Positions 21,235 through 31,033 of a stretch of DNA of 64,000 nt are shown piece by piece. The stretch lies in contig JAHJKP010000040.1 in the NCBI GenBank assembly GCA_018821985.1, positions 29,956 to 93,955 of the forward strand, in the 5' to 3' direction. This DNA is from Pseudomonadota bacterium. Its GTDB lineage: Bacteria; Desulfobacterota; Desulfobulbia; Desulfobulbales; Desulfocapsaceae. Below the pieces are notes generated by a model. The model was not told the DNA's origin. It saw only the letters and a program-made list of their open reading frames with translations, and made no database searches. Positions within the stretch are counted from its first letter, which is position 1. Every line of letters begins with the position of its first letter. Position numbers and translations under genes: made by a program.

Positions 21235-22053
21235 TCAAAACAACTTTCCCTCTCTGCTGTGTGAGACGATAAGCTGGCGAAACATCTCAACAATACCGCG
21301 GGAAAGCAGGGTGATGGAGTGGGCATTGATATTCTGTGCGGCAGAACGGTCGACCAGGATATTTAACTCTGAGGGGAAGCCTTCTTCTGCTTGCCAGTAA
21401 TTAATCAGAAAAGGAACCTTGGGCAGGGGCATAATCAGCAGGGACTGATCCGCACCGCCAGTTACGGTCATAACTTGTGCGCCAAAAAGAAAAAACATCT
21501 CAAAAACCAGTCCGCTGTGTGCGTCTGTCAGCAGTCGCAGCGACTCTTCGCAGCGATGAGTAAAATACTGACTCCATTCAGCGGCACCGGGAAGCTCGCC
21601 AAAGGGAACCCAATCATTTTTTGGTTCTATGCCCTGACATTCCAGAACATAGTGGAGCAGGGGTACATAGAGCCAGTGATTGACGTGGCAGCTGGAGGTC
21701 ATTTCCCCGTTGGGGCTAATGAAAAAGTTCCTTCCCAGGCAGTTGATGGCCAGATTCCCATTTGTTAGCTGGGCGCCAATGCGTGGGGCGATATGGTTAA
21801 AATCAAGATGGCGCACTTCCTGTTGCAGTTTGCTGATTACTTCTTCGTGTTCGTCGTCCATGGAACGTCGTCTGACAATCCGGGAGCTTAATTGCTCGAC
21901 AATATTCTTCTCCAGATATGGACATTCCTTCAGGGTTTTCATGCCCTGAATCACCGATGCGGCAAAGGCTATACATGAAGGGACACCGCAGTGACCGCAG
22001 TTTGTTTTGGGTAGGGCCTTGTAGATCTCCAAGGGATTTTTTATGTTAGTCAT
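21235..22053 (-). CDS. Fe-S-binding protein (RnfB-type N-terminal Cys motif plus DUF3786-like body)
   Basis: The N-terminus LPKTNCGHCGVPSCIAFAASVIQGMKTLKECPYL is the 'putative Fe-S cluster' motif seen at RnfB and CdhD N-termini. Start taken at MTNIK, overlapping the upstream stop by 8 nt (ATGACTAA). The DUF3786 assignment is from memory and not verified. Confidence 0.65.
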   Translation of the reverse strand: MTNIKNPLEIYKALPKTNCGHCGVPSCIAFAASVIQGMKTLKECPYLEKNIVEQLSSRIVRRRSMDDEHEEVISKLQQEVRHLDFNHIAPRIGAQLTNGNLAINCLGRNFFISPNGEMTSSCHVNHWLYVPLLHYVLECQGIEPKNDWVPFGELPGAAEWSQYFTHRCEESLRLLTDAHSGLVFEMFFLFGAQVMTVTGGADQSLLIMPLPKVPFLINYWQAEEGFPSELNILVDRSAAQNINAHSITLLSRGIVEMFRQLIVSHSREGKLF

Positions 22054-22879
22054 GAACGCGTGGACCTTCTGCTGCCTCTTCACGAATGTTGAAGCGTTCT
22101 TTGATCTTTCGATACGAAACCAGTTCTTCGATTCTTTCAGATGGGGTGAGAAAGGATTCAAGTTTGGTCTTGAGAATGACGGGGTTCATCTCTGAATCAA
22201 TGGCGATGACGCCTTCCATGATGATTTTTTGCAGGAGCAGTTCATGGTTGGTTCGCTCCCGTAGATTTGCCGCAAAAGGAAGAAAGAAATAATTGGAAAA
22301 AAAGATGCCGTAGAGGGTGGAGGTCAGGGCCACAGGTATGGCCTTCAGGATAATGGAGGTGTCACCAATGCCGCCAAGCATGGAGACAAGACCTATTACT
22401 GAACCGATAATGCCAAAGGCCGGGAAAAAATCGGCAATAGTACGCAGGATGCGTTCTGAGTCTTCACGCCGTAGTTTAAAAAAATACATTTCGGTACTTA
22501 AAATATCACGGATCTGGCTGCTGTGAAAACCATCCACCAGACAACCCAAGGCGCGGCGGAGAAAAAGAATGGATGTTTCATTTTCTTTCTCCTGCAGGGA
22601 AAGAATGCCTTCAATTCTCGATTTAATGGAAAGGTCGATGAGGATCTCGATAATTTCGGTCTCTTTCTTTATCTCAGTGGTGTAAGCGGTCCGCATTACC
22701 TTGGTCACAATTCTCAGTTGTTCCATTCGGAAACTGATCAGGGTTGACGCAAAGGTCCCGCCAAAGACGATAAGCAGTCCTGAAATATTAAAGTAGAGGC
22801 TTATATTGCCATTGATGGAGAAACCGAGGATAAAAAGGGCACTGCAGAGGAACAGTCCGATAAGATTTTTATTTTTCAT
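22046..22879 (-). CDS. MotA/PomA-family proton-channel (stator A) protein
   Basis: Four TM helices, conserved PAFGIIG and FLPFA prolines, long cytoplasmic loop, 277 aa. Confidence 0.8.
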   Translation of the reverse strand: MKNKNLIGLFLCSALFILGFSINGNISLYFNISGLLIVFGGTFASTLISFRMEQLRIVTKVMRTAYTTEIKKETEIIEILIDLSIKSRIEGILSLQEKENETSILFLRRALGCLVDGFHSSQIRDILSTEMYFFKLRREDSERILRTIADFFPAFGIIGSVIGLVSMLGGIGDTSIILKAIPVALTSTLYGIFFSNYFFLPFAANLRERTNHELLLQKIIMEGVIAIDSEMNPVILKTKLESFLTPSERIEELVSYRKIKERFNIREEAAEGPRVHD

Positions 22880-22946
22880 TGACAGAGACTCATTATGTAA
22901 AAGATATTTAGAGCTGAACGCTGATTTCTGGTTCTACAGGCCATTT

Positions 22947-23051
22947 AAGCCGTTGTGAAAAAATAACATGGCCAATTGATTAGTCGAGACGGCATAAGGG
23001 GCCGTAAATAAATGTGTGTAAAAGGTCAAGTTATTTCTTAACGGCCTCTAA
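22947..23051. repeat. left arm of a ~105-bp inverted repeat flanking the motB-like gene
   Basis: Aligns with the reverse complement of 24285-24387 at about 80 of 105 positions. Includes the perfect 21-nt core TTATTTCTTAACGGCCTCTAA (23031-23051) and an internal hairpin ACGGC-ATAAGGG-GCCGT. Confidence 0.85.
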
Positions 23052-24179
23052 GTTCTCAGAGCTGGCCTGTGCTGCGGGCGGTAGCTTTTTGGAAATAATA
23101 ATTTCAACCCGACGATTGATCGCCCTATTTTCGGCATTGGTATTTGATTTTACCGGACGAAACGAAGAATAGCCACTGACCACAAATTGATTGGGATTCA
23201 TATTGGTTTCTTCAATGAGAAATCGGGCCACTCTGCTGGCTCTGGCCACTGAGAGTTCCCAATTGGTGTTGAAACGTTCTGAATGCATGGGGAGATTGTC
23301 GGTGTGGCCAATAACATTAATCATGTAAGGAGTCTGTTTAATAGCGCTTGCGACTTTCTGGAGAGATTGTTGGGCTGCCTGTGAAAGCTCAGCCTTGCCG
23401 GTGTTAAAAAGGAGATCGCCGGTCAGGATGATACGCATGGTGTTGTCGGGAATAAGATCAATAGACGCAAATTTCTTGAGATTGTTTACAGTCAGTGCCT
23501 GTTGGCTGAGGTCGTAGATGGCGTCAAGGGGGGCAGCAGGTGCCTGCATCTTTGGCATATCAGTGCCTGGGGGTGAATCCTTGTCAGGCGGCATAAGAGC
23601 TTTAGGTCTCGATGTCGAAGTCTGGCTGTCCTGAGTGTCGATCTTTGTCTCCGCCGCATTGTTAAGGACGTCAGATCTGGAAATCCTCTTTTCTTCTTCC
23701 GGACTCATGGCGTCCCCGGTAACAGCTTCCACTTTTTTTATGGTTCCGGCAGTAATAAAGGGAAGCCCTTGATTGATGGGTGGAAATGGCAGAGACGCAC
23801 TGTTGCCAGAGCTGTTGATATCTATGGCGTCGGTGGTTGAGCCGCCAACAATTTCAGGCTTTTTTTTGACCAGGAAATCTTCATGGGCCGCTTGATAGAC
23901 AAACATAGTGAGAAAAAGGATGAACATGGTCATCATCAGATCTGACCAGGCAATGGACCAGTGAACCGCCTTGGGACTCCTTGAGCGATAAAAGGTGTCA
24001 TCAACCAGAAAATCCATATCTCGAAAGTTGTTGTCGAGAGGGGGGGTGGGGGAGGATATGCCTTTGGTGGATAAATTTACAGGGGTTAAGGGTGGTTGCT
24101 TGTCCTGTTCCGGAGCCACTGTTTGCTCAGATCCTTCTAAGGGAACGTTTTCAGTCATGTTTATACGATCTGGATTCAA
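23031..24179 (-). CDS. MotB/OmpA-family (stator B-like) protein with long Pro/Ser/Thr linker
   Basis: The TM helix WSIAWSDLMMTMFILFL carries the conserved Asp. C-terminal OmpA-like peptidoglycan-binding domain (NVIGHTDNLP...NWELSVARASRVARFL...NRRVEI). TTG start, or ATG at 24158. Confidence 0.8.
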   Translation of the reverse strand: MNPDRINMTENVPLEGSEQTVAPEQDKQPPLTPVNLSTKGISSPTPPLDNNFRDMDFLVDDTFYRSRSPKAVHWSIAWSDLMMTMFILFLTMFVYQAAHEDFLVKKKPEIVGGSTTDAIDINSSGNSASLPFPPINQGLPFITAGTIKKVEAVTGDAMSPEEEKRISRSDVLNNAAETKIDTQDSQTSTSRPKALMPPDKDSPPGTDMPKMQAPAAPLDAIYDLSQQALTVNNLKKFASIDLIPDNTMRIILTGDLLFNTGKAELSQAAQQSLQKVASAIKQTPYMINVIGHTDNLPMHSERFNTNWELSVARASRVARFLIEETNMNPNQFVVSGYSSFRPVKSNTNAENRAINRRVEIIISKKLPPAAQASSENLEAVKK

Positions 24180-24284
24180 TGGTAAGTTCGGCTGATGGTA
24201 AAGGATTTATTTTTTCTCTCTGTCTTATCGGAACTCATGGTGAAGAACAAAAGGAAAAATCCCAAAGTTGACAATGGTAGATAT

Positions 24285-24387
24285 TTAGAGGCCGTTAAGA
24301 AATAAGCTGACTTTTTTAGCTATATATTAACGGCCCCTATGCCGTTATGGTCATTCCGTTGGTTATGTTATTCTTTTACAGCGGCTT
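24285..24387. repeat. right arm of the ~105-bp inverted repeat
   Basis: Reverse complement of 22947-23051. On the plus strand, 24285-24305 reads TTA GAG GCC GTT AAG AAA TAA (LEAVKK-stop), identical to the last codons of the motB-like gene. Confidence 0.85.
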
Positions 24388-24402
24388 CATGATCAGTCAA
24401 AT

Positions 24403-25209
24403 TCAAATCCCAGTAAAGAGTTCGGTCTCTTCCAGATAGGCAAATGCCTGCCATAGATCTTTCTGGCTGTGAGGCTCAAGGGTAATGAGTGGATGGAGGT
24501 CATGGTGACGCAGAAATTGGAAAAGACCGGGGAAATCAAACTTTCCCTGTCCTGGCGCCAGATGCTGATCACGATCGCCATGATTGTCATGCAGATGTAA
24601 TTGACCCAGCCAGGGCGAGAGGGTTGGCAGCCACTCCTGCCAGGAGGAGTGGGAAAAACTTAACAGATGGCCGACATCAAGGCAGAATCCGGCATATGGC
24701 GATTTGAGCTCTGTCAGGATAGATTTGTGGGTAGCGGGCGATTTCTCATAGGTGTTTTCAAGCATGATCGGCACCTGATGCTTGGTGGCCGTTTGCAAAA
24801 CTTTTTGCCAGGTGGCAAGAGCCGCAGCTGTCCACTCCCCTAATTTGTATCCCTGTTTGTTTTCCTCAAACTGGAGATGGCAGACAATAGAGCGTGGCCG
24901 AAAGACTTCAAGAAGATCAAAGGCCCGCCGCAATTTTGCGCGACTTGCTGCCAGGATATGCGGGTCCAAGGCACCGGGCGCCAGATCAAAAAATGGGGCA
25001 TGGAGGGTGCAGGCAAGTTTGTTTTTTTGGAGAACTCCAGCGATACGCCTGAATTCGTTCGGGTCTTCATCGTAAAGACAGGTGCCTTCCAGGCCGATTT
25101 CAGGTTGGATTCCGTGTTCGAGAAAAAAATCCAAATATTCTGTCTTCAGTGCCTGCCAAGGGGCGTTGACAAAACATCTTTGAGTGATCTGTTTATTTAT
25201 TGATTTCAT
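24403..25209 (-). CDS. sugar phosphate isomerase/epimerase (xylose-isomerase-like TIM barrel)
   Basis: Metal-ligand-like pattern (LHAPF, ENT, CLDVGH, LHLHDN). 4-nt overlap with the upstream gene. Confidence 0.65.
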   Translation of the reverse strand: MKSINKQITQRCFVNAPWQALKTEYLDFFLEHGIQPEIGLEGTCLYDEDPNEFRRIAGVLQKNKLACTLHAPFFDLAPGALDPHILAASRAKLRRAFDLLEVFRPRSIVCHLQFEENKQGYKLGEWTAAALATWQKVLQTATKHQVPIMLENTYEKSPATHKSILTELKSPYAGFCLDVGHLLSFSHSSWQEWLPTLSPWLGQLHLHDNHGDRDQHLAPGQGKFDFPGLFQFLRHHDLHPLITLEPHSQKDLWQAFAYLEETELFTGI

Positions 25210-25841
25210 TCTTTTGTCCGGGGATTTTCTGCTCTGTTCACTTCTTTTGAGGAAATGGCCGTTTCTGCGATCTCCCGGCTCAGCAGGGCGAGGCCCTGAC
25301 TTAAGGCAGTTGCCAGGGTTTCATAGCTGCCATCGGCAAGCGGCACATGGAACAGAGATGATTGCACCTTTATAATTGATTTGTCCTGCAGATCAAAGAG
25401 GAACCAGCGAGCTTCAATGGTGGCGGTCTTGTCTTCTGACCCTTCAAATCGGAGGATGTCAATGGCGGCCCTTCTTCCCTTGGCGCCAGCTATGGTGACA
25501 GGATAGGGGTAGACCGGAGAGGGCTTGAGCAGACTGGCCATGTCAGCTACCAGTTGATTGCTGATCATCTCTGCCAGATCTCCACCAGCCCATTCCCGGC
25601 CGGCAATGGTGTCGATGCGGCTTGCTCCATACCGTTTAACCATCCTCGGCTGGTCAAGATAGCTCGCCACTTTCACCGGTCCGATCAAGATGGTCATGGG
25701 TGTATCCTGTTGAGGCAGGGCTTGGATGGATGGCGGTGAACTCAGGGTGTATTGTTGTCCAGATTTTGCCTGAAAGCAGCCGCTTAAGATTCCGATGAGG
25801 CTGCAGGCCAGGAAGATGGATAGAAAAGGACTTGTTTTCAT
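25206..25841 (-). CDS. ABC-transport auxiliary lipoprotein (PqiC/YmbA-like)
   Basis: Lipobox LSGC, ~210 aa, located directly after an MCE/MlaD gene with overlapping stop and start. Confidence 0.6.
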   Translation of the reverse strand: MKTSPFLSIFLACSLIGILSGCFQAKSGQQYTLSSPPSIQALPQQDTPMTILIGPVKVASYLDQPRMVKRYGASRIDTIAGREWAGGDLAEMISNQLVADMASLLKPSPVYPYPVTIAGAKGRRAAIDILRFEGSEDKTATIEARWFLFDLQDKSIIKVQSSLFHVPLADGSYETLATALSQGLALLSREIAETAISSKEVNRAENPRTKE

Positions 25842-26881
25842 TTGGAAGATTTTTCCCCTTGTTCTGTTCCAAAGAGGAGCCTTTGGGGGTTACGATCGAG
25901 AGATTCCGTAAAGAGGCGAATAGATTTTGCAGCTTTGCCCAGTTCAATGATACTCTCGGTCAGTTGATAATGGAGTGGGGAATCGATCCCTGTGGATTGT
26001 TCCAGATTCGTCATGAGTGTCTCGATAGCCTGCAGGGCAGCGCCGGCATCGCCTGTGGTGGAGTTCATCGTGGTGAAAAACGGTTCAACCTGACCGTCAA
26101 TATGTCCAATCATCTGATTAGTATTGTCCGAGAGTTGGGAAACCTTGTCAAGGCTGGTGTCGAATTTGTTTATCACTGGTAACAGATTTTCGTCAACTTT
26201 GGCGAGGATGGAATGAAAACGGTCCAGACTGGTAAAAAAGAGAGCAAGCTTTTCTTGAGAGGTCTTCGAGTTCAAGGCCTGCTCCAGGCTGGTACTCATT
26301 TTTTCCAAGGCATCCATAGTATTTGAGAATTTACCTGCCAGTTCTTGAAAATTAAGAGATTGCATTGCCTGGGTCATCTGCTGCATTTCGGAAGGGACCG
26401 TTGGAATCTCCAGGTACTTTCCACCCTTGTCATGATAGATCGCCTTGCTGTCTTCTTGAATCGATAAATCAATATAAAGCTTGCCGGTGAGCAGGCTTTG
26501 TGATTTCAGAGAAGCTCTCAGACCACGATCACACATTGTTTTAAGAAAGGTGTTGATATCATGATTTGTCTCTTTTTTGTCTCTTCCTTCAACCTTGATA
26601 ATTTTGGTGGGATCAAGGCTGATCAGTACCGGTACTATGATTTGGAAGGTGTCAGCGTTTATGTCAATTTGGATCTCCTTTACTTCGCCAATAGTAATCC
26701 CCCGATAAGCGACAGGGGCGCCGACGTTCAGCCCCTGTAAAGAACCTTCAAAATAGACGATGGCGGTATTTTTGTTGCTGAAAAATTTACCACCGCCAAA
26801 AATAACGATTCCAGTTACCAGAAGCAGAAATGATAAGACGACAAAGGCACCAATACGGGTGGAGTTTGCTTTTTTACTCAT
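25838..26881 (-). CDS. MlaD/MCE-family substrate-binding protein
   Basis: N-terminal TM anchor, MCE core (VYFEGSLQGLNVGAPVAYRGITIGEV), helical C-terminus. Confidence 0.85.
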   Translation of the reverse strand: MSKKANSTRIGAFVVLSFLLLVTGIVIFGGGKFFSNKNTAIVYFEGSLQGLNVGAPVAYRGITIGEVKEIQIDINADTFQIIVPVLISLDPTKIIKVEGRDKKETNHDINTFLKTMCDRGLRASLKSQSLLTGKLYIDLSIQEDSKAIYHDKGGKYLEIPTVPSEMQQMTQAMQSLNFQELAGKFSNTMDALEKMSTSLEQALNSKTSQEKLALFFTSLDRFHSILAKVDENLLPVINKFDTSLDKVSQLSDNTNQMIGHIDGQVEPFFTTMNSTTGDAGAALQAIETLMTNLEQSTGIDSPLHYQLTESIIELGKAAKSIRLFTESLDRNPQRLLFGTEQGEKSSK

Positions 26882-27696
26882 GAAATATGTGTATCCTTCG
26901 CATGTTTTTTTAAGGCAGGAGCAGGGGTGGCGGTTGGCCTCTGCTCACTGCCACCTCGGGTCAGGAATTGTTTAACTTTTCGGTTGCTTGTTGATTCAAG
27001 TAAGCTGTGTGGATTCCCTTGGGCAATCATGGTGTGTGTGTCAGCATCAAGGAAAACTGAATTATTACCGATGGCAAAAATAGAGGCCAGCTCATGGGTG
27101 ACGATCACAACCGTGGCACCCAGGCTGTCACGTATCTCAAGGATCAGATCATCCAGCAGTTTGGCGTTGATAGGGTCAAGACCCGCCGAAGGCTCATCAA
27201 AAAAAAGGATTTCCGGATCTAGGGCGATGGCTCTTGCCAGTCCTGCCCTTTTTTTCATGCCACCGCTGATTTCTGAAGGATAGAAATGATCAAATCCGGC
27301 AAGACCAACCAGGCGTAGCTTCAACGAGACGAGATCGGCAATCTCATCCCGAGCCAAGGTCGTATGCTGGCGCAGGGGAAGGGAAACATTTTCGGCCAGG
27401 GTCATTGAACTGAGCAGGGCACTGCTCTGATATAAAATACCGCATTGTCGCATGATCTGGTTACGATGCTTTTCGGAAGCTTCCCAGAAGTTGGTGTCAC
27501 GAAAATGGATTGTCCCGACGGCAGGTTCTCTCAGGCCGATCATATGTCTGAGCAGGGTAGACTTTCCACATCCTGAATCTCCCATGATCACAAATATATC
27601 TCCTTGCTGGATGGTGAAGGTCAGATCCCGCTGGAGGACAAATGAACCGTAAGCCATGGTCAAATTTGTAACAGTGATTAAAGGTTGTGGCCGCAT
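26878..27696 (-). CDS. ABC transporter ATP-binding protein (MlaF-like)
   Basis: Walker A GDSGCGKST, signature ISGGMKKR, Walker B ILFFDEP. Confidence 0.9.
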   Translation of the reverse strand: MRPQPLITVTNLTMAYGSFVLQRDLTFTIQQGDIFVIMGDSGCGKSTLLRHMIGLREPAVGTIHFRDTNFWEASEKHRNQIMRQCGILYQSSALLSSMTLAENVSLPLRQHTTLARDEIADLVSLKLRLVGLAGFDHFYPSEISGGMKKRAGLARAIALDPEILFFDEPSAGLDPINAKLLDDLILEIRDSLGATVVIVTHELASIFAIGNNSVFLDADTHTMIAQGNPHSLLESTSNRKVKQFLTRGGSEQRPTATPAPALKKHAKDTHIS

Positions 27697-27749
27697 ATTT
27701 TCAAAAAGATGTTGGATCGGTATTGTTACATTTATTCCATTACAAGGGT

Positions 27750-28910
27750 TTAGATGCCGAGAATATTAAAAATAATCGTCATAACCGCATCAGATATCAC
27801 GATTAAGACAATGGCCGTGACTACAGCTGATGTGGCCGCTGCCCCTACGGCTGAAGCGCTGCGTCCGCATTGCATTCCTCTGAGGCAGCCGGAGAAGGCG
27901 ACAAGATAGCCGAAAATAATTGCCTTGAAGAGGCCGACGCCAAAGTGTTTGAGGGTGACGGAGGCGATGGTCTGATTATAATATTCAGTCATACTGATAT
28001 CGAGAGTAAACCAGGCAATCAGAAAGCCACCACCAATACCAAGCAGATCAGCCCAGAGAGCCAGTAAGGGCATCATCAGCAACAGGGCTGACATGCGCGG
28101 TAGGACCAGAAAATCTACGGGGGCAATTCCCATGGTCTGAAGAGCATCAATCTCTTCATTTACCTGCATGGTGCCAAGTTGAGCGGCAAAGGCGGCTCCG
28201 GTCCTACCGGCCATAATAATAGCAGCCATCATCGCCCCCATTTCCCTGGTCATGCCAAGACCAACCAGATTGGCAATATAGATCTCTGCCCCGAATAACT
28301 GTAACTGCACTGCTCCCACAAAAGCAAGGATGACGCCAACCAGCACAGAGATAAGTGACACAATGGGCAGTGCCGCCGGACCGCACTCTTCAAGAAAACC
28401 GAGGAAGTCAGACTTGAGAAACTGGGCCTTTCCTGAAAAGAGCCGGAGATAACTGAGGGTGATCGTGCCGGTAAAGAAGAGGAACTCACTGCAGTCCTTG
28501 ATCAGATGGGAGGTCTTATCGCCAACGGTTTCAAGGAAAGATTGGCTTCTGTCGTCTGGTTTGAACGGGACCTTCTCGGGAGATGCAGAGGCCAGTGCTA
28601 AGAGGCGTTCCACTCCGGATGGCAGGCCCTCGGTAATAAAAAGGATATTGTTCAGGCTTGCATATGCCTTGATATCATCTAAAATTATAAGAAAGCGACT
28701 GTCCCATGCCTGCAGGTCTTCAGTATTAAAAGAGATTGAGATGATTTTATTGGTAAAAAAAGACTTGAATTCAATGAAGGAAGGAAAAGCACTGTGGATT
28801 GTCCATTGTCCTTTGAAGTAAAGATGAAGGTCTGATCCTTTCGTCTCTGCCGTGACAGTGCCTTCTGTTTTTAAATTATCAGCTCTTTTCTGTGATTTAC
28901 CTGATTCCAT
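27750..28910 (-). CDS. MlaE-family permease with N-terminal STAS/MlaB-like domain
   Basis: The C-terminal ~260 aa match MlaE hallmarks (REMGAMMAAIIMAGRTGAAFAAQLGTMQVNEEIDAL). The ~120-aa N-terminal soluble extension resembles anti-sigma-antagonist folds. Confidence 0.85.
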   Translation of the reverse strand: MESGKSQKRADNLKTEGTVTAETKGSDLHLYFKGQWTIHSAFPSFIEFKSFFTNKIISISFNTEDLQAWDSRFLIILDDIKAYASLNNILFITEGLPSGVERLLALASASPEKVPFKPDDRSQSFLETVGDKTSHLIKDCSEFLFFTGTITLSYLRLFSGKAQFLKSDFLGFLEECGPAALPIVSLISVLVGVILAFVGAVQLQLFGAEIYIANLVGLGMTREMGAMMAAIIMAGRTGAAFAAQLGTMQVNEEIDALQTMGIAPVDFLVLPRMSALLLMMPLLALWADLLGIGGGFLIAWFTLDISMTEYYNQTIASVTLKHFGVGLFKAIIFGYLVAFSGCLRGMQCGRSASAVGAAATSAVVTAIVLIVISDAVMTIIFNILGI

Positions 28911-29126
28911 GCAAACCTGATTTTTTTAATTTTTCATGAAAAATAATAAGTTTCATATTATAAATGTTTTTCTGGAAAGTGCCCTTTATTTAATCTTCTG
29001 CCCTATACCACATTGAACTAATAGGGAAAAAAAGATTGACATTTGCTGAAAAAAAGAGTCTTTTATATTGTTTCTCGTAGTTGTGAATGGTGATATATTC
29101 AGGTTTTTTCCAAAGAGGGATCTATA

Positions 29127-29438
29127 ATGTATGCAATAGTACGTACCGGTGGAAAGCAGTATCAGGTAGCTTGTGGAGATCAGCTGCGGGTAGAAAAAAT
29201 AAATGGGAATGTTGGGGATGTCATTGAATTAAGTGATGTCTTGATGGTGGTTGATGGAGAGAATGCTCAGATTGGTCGTCCGGTTCTGGAGAATGCCAAG
29301 GTTGTAGCCCGAATCGCCGAGCAGGGAAAGGCCAAAAAAATTCTTGTCTTCAAGAAAAAGAAACGTCAGGGCTATAAAGTAAAAAATGGCCATCGGCAGC
29401 TTTATACCGCACTGCAGATTCAGGAAATCAACGCATAA
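29127..29438 (+). CDS. rplU: 50S ribosomal protein L21
   Basis: MYAIVRTGGKQYQV... is a canonical L21 N-terminus. 103 aa. Confidence 0.95.
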   Translation: MYAIVRTGGKQYQVACGDQLRVEKINGNVGDVIELSDVLMVVDGENAQIGRPVLENAKVVARIAEQGKAKKILVFKKKKRQGYKVKNGHRQLYTALQIQEINA

Positions 29439-29516
29439 GAGTTTTACACCATCTTATATACAAAACGAAAAGCACATACCCGGTAAAGTACGTTACCTGG
29501 TAAAAAGGAGTAGATC

Positions 29517-29774
29517 ATGGCACATAAGAAGGCGGGCGGCAGTTCCAGGAACGGTCGCGACAGTGCAGGGCAGAGGCGGGGAGTAAAAAGATTCGGTGGA
29601 CAGAATGTCACGGCCGGGAGTATTCTGGTTCGGCAGGTTGGCACCAAGATCCATCCTGGAACCAATGTGGGCTGTGGTCGAGACTATACCCTGTTTGCCA
29701 AGGTTGATGGTGTTGTGACCTTTGAAGATTTCGGTCGCAACAAAAAGCGGGTCAGCATCTATCCCGCAGTTTGA
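29517..29774 (+). CDS. rpmA: 50S ribosomal protein L27
   Basis: [16 protein letters not shown]... is canonical L27. AAGGAG SD. Confidence 0.95.
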   Translation: MAHKKAGGSSRNGRDSAGQRRGVKRFGGQNVTAGSILVRQVGTKIHPGTNVGCGRDYTLFAKVDGVVTFEDFGRNKKRVSIYPAV

Positions 29775-29835
29775 TTATTGCTCTAGTTCCCTTCCTGGAG
29801 CCATCTCAAGAGACATGGCTCCAGAACAGGTTTAG

Positions 29836-29878
29836 GCTCGACTTCAATGATCCTTATTGATTGTCGAGCTTTTTTTTT
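29836..29878 (+). terminator. intrinsic terminator/attenuator after rpmA
   Basis: GCTCGAC-N20-GTCGAGC followed by T9. A second 9-bp hairpin (TGGAGCCAT/ATGGCTCCA) sits at 29796-29823. Confidence 0.7.
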
Positions 29879-29903
29879 ATATGTTATTTCTGAAGGGGTT
29901 TAA

Positions 29904-30968
<1,065 letters not shown>

Positions 30969-31033
30969 CTTTTACAATACGTACCCTGTGTAAAATATTG
31001 GGTACTCTATGATAGATTGGGTTTTATTTGATC

